Below, in pieces: positions 38,145 through 50,073 of a DNA stretch of 64,000 nt. The stretch spans positions 12,437 through 76,436 of IMG/VR virus record IMGVR_UViG_3300046007_012472. One strand, given 5' to 3'. The translations under genes and the position numbers were made by a program. Every line of letters begins with the position of its first letter. Within the stretch, counting starts at the first letter, position 1. The stretch comes from a virus. A model generated the notes under the pieces. The model searched no databases and had not been told where the DNA came from. It saw only the letters and a list, made by a program, of their open reading frames with translations.

Positions 38145-38810
38145 TTAACCCATTTCCTTTGGATCCCATTTATGATTTGGGTCCTGATTTAGTGACGAAG
38201 AAAATTCCAAACTCTGGAACGCGAGAGGCGGTTGAAACCAATAATTGTTGATATCAAACTTCCTGACAATGTAGTTATAAAAGTGATCTGATGGTAAATT
38301 TACATTAGACATTTCTTTTACCGTTTTTTCAGCAAATTGTTGACTTATGCAAAATGCATGAGTACACCTAGACCCTCTATTCGTTCTATAAACATTTACC
38401 CCGGGTATTTGCGGCTCTTTTAAGTTGAAGCAGCTTCCTACCCAACCTATATCCCAATCGTTTGGAAGTTGGTTCATATATGCATCAAAATATTGTGGGA
38501 AGTTATCACATAAAACAGCATCATCTTCAAGCACAAGAGCAGAAGCATATTTTTTCTCATGCATGTCCTGAACAATCCAGGAATGTTTCAGTGCCAAAGA
38601 TTTTTCCCCTTCGGTCATTTTTGTTTCTGGATGATTTATTTTTGGGTATTTCTGATTGATTTCATTTACATCCCATGTGTCTTTGTCGAAATGTTCAACA
38701 AAAAAATAATTTGACATTTTGAATCTGTTCAATTGCTCAGATACTGCAGCTTTTCTTTCCGTCAATTTTTTATAATGACAGATGTAAATCTTATCTACAG
38801 CTATACTCAT
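38145..38810 (-). CDS. GT25-family glycosyltransferase
   Basis: SLALKH, LVLEDDA, LPNDWDI, CTHAF. Confidence 0.8.
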   Translation of the reverse strand: MSIAVDKIYICHYKKLTERKAAVSEQLNRFKMSNYFFVEHFDKDTWDVNEINQKYPKINHPETKMTEGEKSLALKHSWIVQDMHEKKYASALVLEDDAVLCDNFPQYFDAYMNQLPNDWDIGWVGSCFNLKEPQIPGVNVYRTNRGSRCTHAFCISQQFAEKTVKEMSNVNLPSDHFYNYIVRKFDINNYWFQPPLAFQSLEFSSSLNQDPNHKWDPKEMG

Positions 38811-39496
38811 ATTCTATCTCCAAATTGTTTATTTTCTTCTACTGTCCAATGGGGTTTATCCATATACAATTCATTTTTATTTGGATGTTGAAACTGCGCG
38901 TAACCTTGATAATCATATCCATGACATCTGACTTTTGTCTGTTCTTTTATGGAATTTATCTTTTGGTCTGTCGCATAATAAATATCGGTTCCAAAAAACG
39001 CATTTATTGCTCTTGTATAAACAACGGGTCCGGTCAATTCTAGAATTGATTTTATTTTATCTTGTTTGATATTTTCAACACAATAATCCAAGCAAATTTT
39101 CAATATCGGATGCTTGGGGGTAAACATCAAGCACCATTGAACAAATTTTCCTTGATTTTTTTCTCTGCTTATTATAGAGCAACCGTCATTCAATATTAAA
39201 CTATCTAGATTTGCAAATATTAGAGAATCCACATCGATGTAGATTCCGCCTCGCTCATAAAGAATCGAATATCTCCACAAATCAGCTTTGGCTGCTCCTA
39301 TGGTGAGTTTGTTGAAACAATCAAACACATCTGTTTCACAATTCTCTTCCATGTATTTCAACATGTCTTTATCATCAAATAATTGATATTCATAATTTTT
39401 GTTGATTTTCAACATATCATCAATCGTGCTCTTTATGGAGACCGGAAGATGTTTAGTCATCCAAGTTTGATATATTGTTTTGGGTAATTGAATCAT
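38807..39496 (-). CDS. GT32 (OCH1-like) glycosyltransferase
   Basis: LPKTIYQTW, KADLWRYSILYERGGIYIDVD, TGP. Confidence 0.88.
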   Translation of the reverse strand: MIQLPKTIYQTWMTKHLPVSIKSTIDDMLKINKNYEYQLFDDKDMLKYMEENCETDVFDCFNKLTIGAAKADLWRYSILYERGGIYIDVDSLIFANLDSLILNDGCSIISREKNQGKFVQWCLMFTPKHPILKICLDYCVENIKQDKIKSILELTGPVVYTRAINAFFGTDIYYATDQKINSIKEQTKVRCHGYDYQGYAQFQHPNKNELYMDKPHWTVEENKQFGDRI

Positions 39497-40329
39497 TTTA
39501 ATCTTTCAACTATTCTATCATAAAACCCATTCATTGTAAAATACTTTTTGTAAATTTGTTGAATTTTGTCTTTGATTATTGGCATTTCCGATTCTCGCTC
39601 TTTCAATATTGAAACGATATTTTTAATATCATTTTCCGAAATCAGGACGGAAAAGTCAGACCAATTCAGTTCGTCGGACCATGGCAAATATAAATCATCT
39701 GTGATGATCACGGGAATAGCCCCAAGTTGCATGCTTTCATACAATCTAAAACTGTTTAGACCATATCCTCTGGGACAAAGACAGAATTTGCTATGGGTGG
39801 TGACATCAAAGAAAAAAGAAAATTCATCATCATCCACTTTGGGTGTCCAGCCCTTTATTCGCATCAGGATGCCCTCCTCGTTCCTGCATGCCTCGAACAT
39901 CTTGGCACGAATCGGATGCGTCATTGAGCCTACAAACGAAGCCAGAATGGGTCTTTCTTCTTCCTGATATTCCCTTTCGATCGGTGAGCATACAAGAGGA
40001 ATTGGGATGATATTGTTTCCTTTTACATTTCCCCCAGCAGAAAAGCATATGGTATCTGGTGGCAATCTCTCGTAAGGTGCATCGTCGTGCTGGGATACGG
40101 TAAAATATTTTTTGTCTCTGGGAAGATCATCCAGAAATTTTTGGATTCTTGACCTATCGTTGTGGCAATATAGGGTTGTCCAACTTATAGCAATATACTC
40201 TCTTGAAACTGCGGGGGTCTCTTTCGCAAACTTATTATAGAAATAATCTTCTAGATAATCCCCCTTGTGGTAGGGGGGATAAACCGGATACATTGGATTG
40301 GGTCTAAGATCATCTCTTGTGTGAATCAT
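39493..40329 (-). CDS. exostosin-like (GT47) glycosyltransferase
   Basis: SFVGS, SKFCLCPRGYGLNSFRLYESMQLGAIPVII, LPW. Confidence 0.85.
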   Translation of the reverse strand: MIHTRDDLRPNPMYPVYPPYHKGDYLEDYFYNKFAKETPAVSREYIAISWTTLYCHNDRSRIQKFLDDLPRDKKYFTVSQHDDAPYERLPPDTICFSAGGNVKGNNIIPIPLVCSPIEREYQEEERPILASFVGSMTHPIRAKMFEACRNEEGILMRIKGWTPKVDDDEFSFFFDVTTHSKFCLCPRGYGLNSFRLYESMQLGAIPVIITDDLYLPWSDELNWSDFSVLISENDIKNIVSILKERESEMPIIKDKIQQIYKKYFTMNGFYDRIVERLK

Positions 40330-40988
40330 ACAAACCAGAGCCCTTCTTGCTTAAACCTGTTTGTCTTCTCTTCGATTCCCACCATGTGATTGTTGTGGAC
40401 AATCACTGCTTTATCTTTGTATCCCGCCTTGTAGTAAACATGTCCATTTGGAAAACGCACCTGATTCAACAAGGAAATATTTTCTCTGTATTTTGCAGAA
40501 AGATTGTTTATCAATATCTGGTCATCTTCTTCCACATTTTGTGAACATTCATTTATCAATTCTTTGCATTTTTCATGAGAATTGAACACCATGAATCCCG
40601 AGCAAATCATAGATCCAGGAAGGTCACATTGGAACAATATCCAATGATCATCGATGATGTACGGCATCGGATTTTCTTTAAATACTATATCCGTATCCAC
40701 CCAGCAGAGCGACTTGTGTTGTGAATAGATTTCAGATATCAATTTCCATTTATTTTTGACAATTTTTCTGAAATTGCTTTGAGCATCAAAAGTCCAATTT
40801 TGATACTCTGTCAATTCCATGTCATCATGCAAAAATGCTCCTTTATATGATTTCATGTTCTCATACGCATTTTTGTCCAGACATGCAATGATAAAATCGT
40901 CCAAATTTAGTCCGACTTTTTCTGCCGACTTGAGCATGTTCTTGCATATGTCTATGCAACCACTATTTAATTGAGTCAGAAATTTCAT
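40326..40988 (-). CDS. GT77-like nucleotide-diphospho-sugar transferase
   Basis: ACLD, WVDTDIVFKENP, CSGF, DDQ, FPNG, VHNN, K. Confidence 0.78.
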   Translation of the reverse strand: MKFLTQLNSGCIDICKNMLKSAEKVGLNLDDFIIACLDKNAYENMKSYKGAFLHDDMELTEYQNWTFDAQSNFRKIVKNKWKLISEIYSQHKSLCWVDTDIVFKENPMPYIIDDHWILFQCDLPGSMICSGFMVFNSHEKCKELINECSQNVEEDDQILINNLSAKYRENISLLNQVRFPNGHVYYKAGYKDKAVIVHNNHMVGIEEKTNRFKQEGLWFV

Positions 40989-41833
40989 TTGATGTACTCG
41001 TAAATCATTTCATCTGCCATTTTCAAGTTCATGGCAATTTCAAAGTTTTTCTTGATTGCATCCGTTCTATCCATATAATCCTTTTCTTCAAGATCAAGTA
41101 TCCAATCAATTTTGGTGGGATCATTTATTGTTATTATCCCATTAGGATCAAATATTTTTGATATATTCGGATCTCCCCAATATAAGGGAATTGTTCCTGT
41201 AACAAAACAATCTGTTATTTTTTCCGTGTAATATCCTGGATGATTATCGTTTTCTATTGTAATAGAAAACCTGTATTCTTGTAAAGCTTCTAATTTTGGT
41301 CTATGATGAGTTCCCCTGTCAACTCCTATCACTTTACTATTTGCCACGCCTCCATATAAATCAATTTTATCTTTTAAATTTGAAGCAATGCCCCATCTTA
41401 TTCTGTGGCCTTTTGTAAAATTTTTAGAAGACGATAACATCGATACATTTTTTGATTTCTTATAAATTTGGCATTCATCTCTATCACCCCAAGGCAAATT
41501 GCTTCCTGGAGCTATTTTAATGAATCTAGAATCTTCTTGAGTCAATTCGTCACTACAGGTAAAAATTCCTTTTATTTTTTCAAATAATTTTTCCTTGTTA
41601 TTTTTTATAAACAGTATAACATCAGGCACAACTTGAAATGATTCTACGATCCAACCATACAAAATTTTGTCTTCTACAGAAGAATGCAAAGACATAGGAA
41701 TTGCCCTGTCTGCCAAAATATAAATTGGAGAATCTGGATTTCCTGACCATCTAAAATTTTTAGGTTTTCTCGTTGAACAAGAAGAGCCATGATTTAACGA
41801 AAAAGGAGCACCTATTATTGTTAATTCATCCAT
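40985..41833 (-). CDS. GT10-like glycosyltransferase
   Basis: YRFSITIEN...YYTEKITDCFVTGTIPLYWG. Confidence 0.8.
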   Translation of the reverse strand: MDELTIIGAPFSLNHGSSCSTRKPKNFRWSGNPDSPIYILADRAIPMSLHSSVEDKILYGWIVESFQVVPDVILFIKNNKEKLFEKIKGIFTCSDELTQEDSRFIKIAPGSNLPWGDRDECQIYKKSKNVSMLSSSKNFTKGHRIRWGIASNLKDKIDLYGGVANSKVIGVDRGTHHRPKLEALQEYRFSITIENDNHPGYYTEKITDCFVTGTIPLYWGDPNISKIFDPNGIITINDPTKIDWILDLEEKDYMDRTDAIKKNFEIAMNLKMADEMIYEYIK

Positions 41834-42467
41834 ATAAAGGAACCCTTGTTAAATTTTCCCATTTGTTTGCACTATTTTTCTTGTCGGATTGATAAAAAAT
41901 CGGTTTATTCATCACATAAACATTAAAATTTGTTTGGTTAGTATATAGCCCCATGTCAAACGGCATATCTTTTGTCATAAGACAATCATCAATTTGTTCT
42001 ATTACATGTTTTTTATATTTTTCAGTGAGATATAAAATTGCATGTGTGGATAACATGTGATGAAGCTGACTTATTTCATCATTTAATTTTTCGTAAACAG
42101 GTCTTCCGGCGTGAGAAATTCCCAACCAAACTGCATCTGCGTTATCAGGAATTTCTAGAATAAAATTACAATTTTGTTCCATGTCCACATCATCTTCCAA
42201 AACAATTAATGGATTTGGATTTAAATTATCAACCAATGCTTTTTTATGGGCCAAAGCACATCCAAAATAATGTGATCTTTTACCTCCCCATCTGATCTCA
42301 TTTAACCATTTTTCATCATCCGATGTGATTCGTATTCCTGTTGTCCAGTTTATATTTTCAAACTTATTTTCTGATAAAAGAGATTCTGTGGATTTTGAAT
42401 TTATGCTATTTTTTTCCATGCTTATCCACAATGTTTGAATTTTTCTGATATCAATTTTCTGTGCCAT
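41826..42467 (-). CDS. GT25-like glycosyltransferase
   Basis: GCALAH, IVLEDD, PDNADAVWLG, MLSTHAILY. Confidence 0.7.
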   Translation of the reverse strand: MAQKIDIRKIQTLWISMEKNSINSKSTESLLSENKFENINWTTGIRITSDDEKWLNEIRWGGKRSHYFGCALAHKKALVDNLNPNPLIVLEDDVDMEQNCNFILEIPDNADAVWLGISHAGRPVYEKLNDEISQLHHMLSTHAILYLTEKYKKHVIEQIDDCLMTKDMPFDMGLYTNQTNFNVYVMNKPIFYQSDKKNSANKWENLTRVPLYG

Positions 42468-43470
42468 ATTTGAACTCCTTACCCACAGCTTCTTCTAGTT
42501 TTTCCATCACAGCAGCGGTAAAATACTTTTCTGGATTCTCGTTAATGTTCTTCTCGAACGCGGTGGTGCCATCAGGGAGTTCTATACGAGTCGATACCTT
42601 CTTGAACACACCATGCTTTAGTGCGATATCCACAAGACCATAGAAAGGATTCAGTCCAGTCTCAAAGTTCAATTGAACATCAACTTCTCGATTTTCCTTG
42701 GTGAAACGGCTCTTGTAGGTTTTGCAGTGAATGATGTTTCCGACTACTTCCCCCGTTGTGTCCTTGTCTTTTTTCTTGGAAAGGTAAATAATAGTGGAAG
42801 CGGAGTATTTGAGCCCTTCTCCTCCGGACATGTCGCGGGTGGGCACATATGCACCCACGACACTGTAGGTGTGGTTCGTAACCACAAGCGGTATGCCTGC
42901 CTTTCCCAACTTGACGGAAAGGACACGAAATGTCGAACGAATGCCTTGGGCTCTGGTCATGTCCCTGACATTCTTACCCTCTCCTGCATCCGTCACCTCC
43001 TTCTCCGTTGACAACATTCCTAGAGAATCGAGAACAAACATCATCGGAATGCGGTCCTCTTCCTTTTGTTCAAGTACCTGTTCCACAATCTTCAGGGATT
43101 GATGCTTGAACTTTTCGATGGTTGAAACCGGGAACACGGCAACTCGATTACCGTCGATCTTGCGACTTTCGAACATTTCGGTAGTGACTGCTTGCTCTGT
43201 GTCGAAATAGATCACAGCACCCTTTGGATTGTCTTTTAAAAACTGCTCAACCAGACTGAGAGCGAACCAAGTCTTTCCTGTACTCGATTCCCCCGCTAAT
43301 GCAGTGATTTTGTTGCCGGGAATGCCCCCGTAAAGAGAACCGGAAACAAGTGCATTGAATGCAAATGAACCGGTATTCAGAAACCCGGCGACATCTGCGT
43401 CAAGACCTGCTTCAACGATAGCCGCATCTTCATTGCCCGAATTTTTAATAATTTGTTTGAGAAAATCCAT
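42451..43470 (-). CDS. uvsX: RecA-like recombinase UvsX
   Basis: Walker A GESSTGKT, FDTE, DSLG, DMTRA, TNHTY, KSR; GGAG SD before ATG 43470. Confidence 0.95.
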   Translation of the reverse strand: MDFLKQIIKNSGNEDAAIVEAGLDADVAGFLNTGSFAFNALVSGSLYGGIPGNKITALAGESSTGKTWFALSLVEQFLKDNPKGAVIYFDTEQAVTTEMFESRKIDGNRVAVFPVSTIEKFKHQSLKIVEQVLEQKEEDRIPMMFVLDSLGMLSTEKEVTDAGEGKNVRDMTRAQGIRSTFRVLSVKLGKAGIPLVVTNHTYSVVGAYVPTRDMSGGEGLKYSASTIIYLSKKKDKDTTGEVVGNIIHCKTYKSRFTKENREVDVQLNFETGLNPFYGLVDIALKHGVFKKVSTRIELPDGTTAFEKNINENPEKYFTAAVMEKLEEAVGKEFKYGTEN

Positions 43471-43480
43471 GATGACTCCA

Positions 43481-45997
43481 TTATGCAAAGAAACTTTCAA
43501 GGCTAGCCTTCTTCTCAGCAGACCAGCCGATACAATTCACAATAGTATTTAGGGGCTCCAAAAAGCTTTTTTCAAATTGTGCCTTACGATCTACAAATCT
43601 GTGTAAATCAAGTTCCGGGGGCAGGCTAACAGGGAATGAGAACACATGATTGCCGATAGGATTCGGTGTCTTGAGATAGACAAACTTGATTTTTTCTCCC
43701 TCACGAATCAACGGGTATTTTCTGCCGAGCTTCTTGTCTTTCTTGATCTGTTCATTATAGAGCAAAGATCCCTTGACCGCGATCGGTGTTCCCTTGGCAT
43801 AAATCTTGGCGACATCTGTATATTTTTGCATTCCGTTGCAACTGCGAGGGAATGAAATATCCTCGACCGGAAGTTTATTGAACTTCTCCCGGAAGTCAGA
43901 AACAAATCTCTGAAGGGTCTTCTCATCTCCGTTCATGATGATGCGTATAGCCTCTTTAAGAGCCTCACGGACGACCTTCGGTGTGGAAGACCGGGTAGTC
44001 TCGATACCCATGATCTTTTGTTCTGGAGTCTCTAGGACGACCCCATCCTCACCCATGACCACATTCAGCATGTAACGCTTCTTGGCGGTCCAGATACCCG
44101 TATCTGCGATGCATTCCCTCTTCATCTGAAGGACATCTTCTACCCCACCTAGAGTATCGGTCAATTCCTCAAACTTCTTGTCAATGAATGGCTGAATGAT
44201 CTTATTGCACGCCTTATCCAAGAACACAAGAACTTCTTTATTCGAGGGTTCTTTCTGGAATGACCTCTTCACCAATTCATCAAGGCAAATGTACACAGAG
44301 TCTGTATCGCTTGCGAGTACATAGTCCATGCCCTCTGTCTTGAGGGTTTTATTGAGGAATTCATTCAGTGCCTTCTCGATCCACCGAATGACAAACTGTC
44401 CGGTGAGCGTGATAGCCTCTGCCAGACGCAGGTCATAGTGTCTGAAATACTCATTTCCAAGAGCACCGAAGCAGGAATTCAAAGTCACCTTGAATGCCTG
44501 TTGCTTCGTCTTGGCGATAGAGACCTCTGTGCGAAGCCTCTTCTTCTCCTGCTCATCGGTACAGGTCTTGAGTTTTGCAGAGGCTTCAAGCATTCTCTGC
44601 TTGTAGATTTTTCTCTCGTTGTACAACTTTTTCATCAACTGAGGAAGAAATCCCTCTATGTCTTTACGATAAGTCGTACCGTTTGCAGCAGTGCAGACCA
44701 ATCTAGACTTTCGTTCCTTGAGATCCTTGATATCCGTCCCTGCCAACAGCAAATCTGGATTGATTGAACCACGGACACCCTCATCAGTAATTGTATCCGG
44801 TCCAAGATTAAGGAGAATGATATTGCTTGGATATAGGGAATTGATGTCGAACGACACCACCCATTTGTGCTTGCCTACTTGGGGCTCTTTCACATACGCC
44901 CCGGTGAACTGAGCACTCTTCTCCCCCTCTTTCTTCTGGGGGATCACTATGTTCTTTTCTAGAAGAGCATTATAAGTCAAGACATCCCACAGCCTTACCT
45001 GTGAGAATACATCGTTCATGTTCGTCTTGGCAAGATACGCCATCGTCATGGCAAGCTCGATCAGCTTGAGCTTTTCTTCGAGCCTCACGACTAGATGAAC
45101 ATCCTTTGCGTTATATTCCATGAACTTCTGGAAGTTCTTGGTGTAGAAATCTTGAATGGTATCATACTCTGCGTATGAGACTTTCTTTTCTCCAAGCTCG
45201 ACTTCAGCGATGTGATCCAACTTGTAAGATTCGCGAGTAACGAAAGTGAATTTGCGATACAGATCGAAATAATCAAGAATCACACGACCAACAAGGTCAT
45301 ACACTGTGTTCATCTTGCCCATGACTTCGACTTTACGGTCACGGATGCTCTTCCATGGGGAAAGTTCGCGAGCGGTTTCCTCACCGAACACGACGGTGTA
45401 CCTGTTCACCAGATAAGGGATGTCGAAAAAGTTGACATTCCATCCAGTGATGACATCAAGATCAATTTCTTTCCAGAACTGAAGGAAATGCTCAAGCATG
45501 TCCTTTTCATTCTGGAATTTAACAGATTCATGATTTTCTTGGAAGATGTGGAAATTCCCGACCCCGAAAACATAAGTCTCATCACCGATTCTTACGGTGA
45601 TCGCAATGATTTCCTCATTCGCAAGTTCGACATTTGGGAACCCATGTTCACATTTGGTTTCAATATCAATGAATCCAACACGAATAAGCGTTGGATCAAA
45701 ATCAATTTCGCCCTTGTAATTCTTGGCGATGTATTGATATGTCGGGTCGATATCCCCGAAGATCTCGAAATTTGAGACTCCTTCGTAGCTCTGAATGAAC
45801 TCTCTGGTTTCCTGTAAGTTCCCGGGGTGGATCTCTTTGACATATGCACCATGGATGGTGCGATAGTCCGTAGGTTTGTCTGATGGAAGGAAAAGAGCAG
45901 GAAGGAAAGGTTCCATCCTGCTCACTCTCCTGCCGTTCTCAATGCCACGAAAGAGGATCTTTGATCCGCGGGTTGCTACATGCGTATAGAAATTCAT
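43481..45997 (-). CDS. 43: family B DNA polymerase gp43
   Basis: ExoI DIET, GWN..FDIPY, SFDINSLYP, KVTLNSCFG, SDTDS, KKRY. Confidence 0.97.
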   Translation of the reverse strand: MNFYTHVATRGSKILFRGIENGRRVSRMEPFLPALFLPSDKPTDYRTIHGAYVKEIHPGNLQETREFIQSYEGVSNFEIFGDIDPTYQYIAKNYKGEIDFDPTLIRVGFIDIETKCEHGFPNVELANEEIIAITVRIGDETYVFGVGNFHIFQENHESVKFQNEKDMLEHFLQFWKEIDLDVITGWNVNFFDIPYLVNRYTVVFGEETARELSPWKSIRDRKVEVMGKMNTVYDLVGRVILDYFDLYRKFTFVTRESYKLDHIAEVELGEKKVSYAEYDTIQDFYTKNFQKFMEYNAKDVHLVVRLEEKLKLIELAMTMAYLAKTNMNDVFSQVRLWDVLTYNALLEKNIVIPQKKEGEKSAQFTGAYVKEPQVGKHKWVVSFDINSLYPSNIILLNLGPDTITDEGVRGSINPDLLLAGTDIKDLKERKSRLVCTAANGTTYRKDIEGFLPQLMKKLYNERKIYKQRMLEASAKLKTCTDEQEKKRLRTEVSIAKTKQQAFKVTLNSCFGALGNEYFRHYDLRLAEAITLTGQFVIRWIEKALNEFLNKTLKTEGMDYVLASDTDSVYICLDELVKRSFQKEPSNKEVLVFLDKACNKIIQPFIDKKFEELTDTLGGVEDVLQMKRECIADTGIWTAKKRYMLNVVMGEDGVVLETPEQKIMGIETTRSSTPKVVREALKEAIRIIMNGDEKTLQRFVSDFREKFNKLPVEDISFPRSCNGMQKYTDVAKIYAKGTPIAVKGSLLYNEQIKKDKKLGRKYPLIREGEKIKFVYLKTPNPIGNHVFSFPVSLPPELDLHRFVDRKAQFEKSFLEPLNTIVNCIGWSAEKKASLESFFA

Positions 45998-46003
45998 GCA
46001 TCC

Positions 46004-46031
46004 ATTATATCACAACTCAGGACTGATTCAA
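46004..46031 (-). promoter_or_regulatory. sigma70-type promoter, probably leaderless gp43 transcript
   Basis: TTGAAT-N16-TATAAT (TG extended), 6 nt before ATG. Confidence 0.7.
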
Positions 46032-46358
46032 CTGGCTCTTACGCTTTTCTTTTGTCTTCACTATTCCGGAAAGCAGAATGCAATAATTGATGATGTCAAG
46101 AATTGCATCTTCATAGCTTTCGTTCTCCACCTTTAGTTTCCCACAATTTGCAAAGGTGCTGAGACGAGATACCTTATCGGTTACACGAACCAAAAGTCCG
46201 ACCTCAGTTGAGCATAGTCCCATAGCCTCGCATCTTTCAAAGTTTGCAAAAGGACTGTTCCCTTGATTTCCGGTATAGTCATGGTTCTTGTTTACCATGA
46301 TAGCTTTAGCCTTCTCACACAGTTCGGTGTGATGCCTCAAAAGTTCATCTCTATTCAT
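46017..46358 (-). CDS. DUF1599-like nucleotide-modification-associated helical protein
   Basis: KNHDY, PFANF, VRVTDKVSRL, ESYEDAILDIINY; AGGAG SD. Confidence 0.65.
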   Translation of the reverse strand: MNRDELLRHHTELCEKAKAIMVNKNHDYTGNQGNSPFANFERCEAMGLCSTEVGLLVRVTDKVSRLSTFANCGKLKVENESYEDAILDIINYCILLSGIVKTKEKRKSQLNQS

Positions 46359-46359
46359 A

Positions 46360-46854
46360 TTATACTCCTGTAGAGCCAAAACCGCCTTTGCGGTCTGTCA
46401 CATGCTGATTCACCAATTCTCTGGTCTTTACAAGTTGAACTTGAGGAGCCGGAACCAATTCGCATTGAGCAATTCGATCACCGTTCTTTATGGTGATCCA
46501 ACTGTTGGTTGCGTTTATTACCCCGATCATCAATTCAAGATTGTAATCGGAATCTATTATACCAACCGAATTCGCTAAACACAAGCCTTTCTTGATCGCA
46601 TTTCCTGATCTAGAATAAACTCTCATGGAGTAATTTTTCGGGATCTCGAATACAAGACCCGTTGGAATCAGACAACGGTCCCACGGATCAAGAGTAATTT
46701 CTTCACCATAAACCTGTCTTTCCTCTTCTCCCATGGAAGAAAAGACAGATGCTGATCTGTCTCGTTTCAGATATGCTCTTATATCAAAGCAAGCTGATCC
46801 TTTTGTCCCGTATGTGGGGTCCACTACATCATCAAACAATTTCAAATAATTCAT
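46360..46854 (-). CDS. dut: trimeric dUTPase
   Basis: SACFD, SRSG, GIIDSDY, GDRIAQ, RKGGFGSTG. Confidence 0.95.
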   Translation of the reverse strand: MNYLKLFDDVVDPTYGTKGSACFDIRAYLKRDRSASVFSSMGEEERQVYGEEITLDPWDRCLIPTGLVFEIPKNYSMRVYSRSGNAIKKGLCLANSVGIIDSDYNLELMIGVINATNSWITIKNGDRIAQCELVPAPQVQLVKTRELVNQHVTDRKGGFGSTGV

Positions 46855-46873
46855 ATCTCACCTCAAAAAATAA

Positions 46874-47347
46874 TTAAGTTGTTGGAAGATCCATTATTTC
46901 CGATCGTCTCTCATTAGTTATATATTCGGCGTAAACCAAGTAGTCCATAGCCTGTATTGTAACAGGATCATCGGAGATTACCTCCTGTGCAGCACCAAGA
47001 AGTTGACTGAAATCTGCAACCAATACATCATTTGCAGAAGCGGCTCTTAATATTGCTCTTTCTTCCTGTGTAAATCTCAATAAAAATTCATACGCAGTCC
47101 ACACTTTACGGAGTTCATCTGCGGTTTTGTTTCTGATAATATAAAGTCTTATAACTTTATCCGGTTGAATGAGGTAATCTATATCTATTGCTTGATTTTC
47201 ATTTATTTCTGGATAAACATCATTTTCTACAGGTCTATACACAGATGCCTTTGGATTGTTTGTAGAAACCCACATCTGATAAGTTTGATCACTTATTGAT
47301 AAAAATCTAGAAATGATATTACCTGAAATTTGTGCATATTCAGCCAT
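46874..47347 (-). CDS. fibre-associated small protein (paralog of 50074-50448)
   Basis: WTAYEFLLRFTQEERA...AQEVISDDPVT..AMDYLV. Confidence 0.7.
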   Translation of the reverse strand: MAEYAQISGNIISRFLSISDQTYQMWVSTNNPKASVYRPVENDVYPEINENQAIDIDYLIQPDKVIRLYIIRNKTADELRKVWTAYEFLLRFTQEERAILRAASANDVLVADFSQLLGAAQEVISDDPVTIQAMDYLVYAEYITNERRSEIMDLPTT

Positions 47348-48146
47348 TATCCATATCTCCTTGGATGTTTAAAATTCACAGGAACATAATAATTTCCAGC
47401 TCCAGCTGCACCTGCATCTAAATTTTGTCCTATAACTGTTGTATTGACCGATGTTCCAGTTAAACCATCATTACTTGTTCTGATTCCCGGAATATATTCA
47501 ACTAATGACTCTGGTCTAATTTTAGTGGGTTTTATTCCTTTTGCCAAAGAACGAATTTCTTCATTTGACAATCGGACATCCCACCATGCAGCTTCTGCTA
47601 CCGCTACCCCGTTTGGCACAATATTATTTATTGAATCTCTTCTTAATGCCATCATAGATATTCTATCCCATGGAGTTGCCCCTGTATTCATATCTACAGC
47701 AACGGTATTTGTAGAAAAAGTATCGCTGTAGCCGCTATATATTCTTGCTTCGTTTACCCAACATGCAGTGATTCCTCCTGTATTATCTAAAGAAGCGCAA
47801 ACATAATTCCATTGTCCATGTGGTGGAAAATGAGATGAGCCGCTCAAAAAAGGCACTAATCTACCACTACTACCATTCCAGTGGAGTGGCACATATCCCA
47901 TAATACCACCACTATTTCTCATCGCTAGACCGAATCCTCTATTTGTGGAATTTCTGGCAATACCTGCAAACACAGCGTTGGTGTTGCCACCTAATATAGG
48001 ATTGGGTACAGAGGGGTCAGGGTCAATATAAACCCAAGCCCCTATCGTCATTGGAGGACATGAGGGTAAATATTCTGTTCCGACTATTTTTGATAAAGTT
48101 CCAGCAGTTGAACCCGGTGTTATGGTAGAATCAGTGAAAATTGCCA

Positions 48147-48147
<1 letters not shown>
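47347..48147 (-). CDS. LamG / concanavalin-A-like lectin-fold protein
   Basis: MTIGAWV, GQWNYVC, VAEAAWWDVRLSNEEIRSLA. Confidence 0.65.
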
Positions 48148-50054
<1,907 letters not shown>

Positions 50055-50073
50055 TTATATTCTCCTGCTTTAT

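Noticed and set aside
28110-42467. Island as a T4-style DNA glucosylation system
   Set aside because: No dCMP hydroxymethylase or alpha/beta-glucosyltransferase recognised in the window, and the GT families are glycan-chain builders; not fully excluded without the rest of the genome
21880-45997. Inteins, group I introns or homing endonucleases in nrdJ, thyX, gp41, uvsX, gp43
   Set aside because: All are contiguous and of normal length, with no splicing or HNH/GIY-YIG/LAGLIDADG motifs seen
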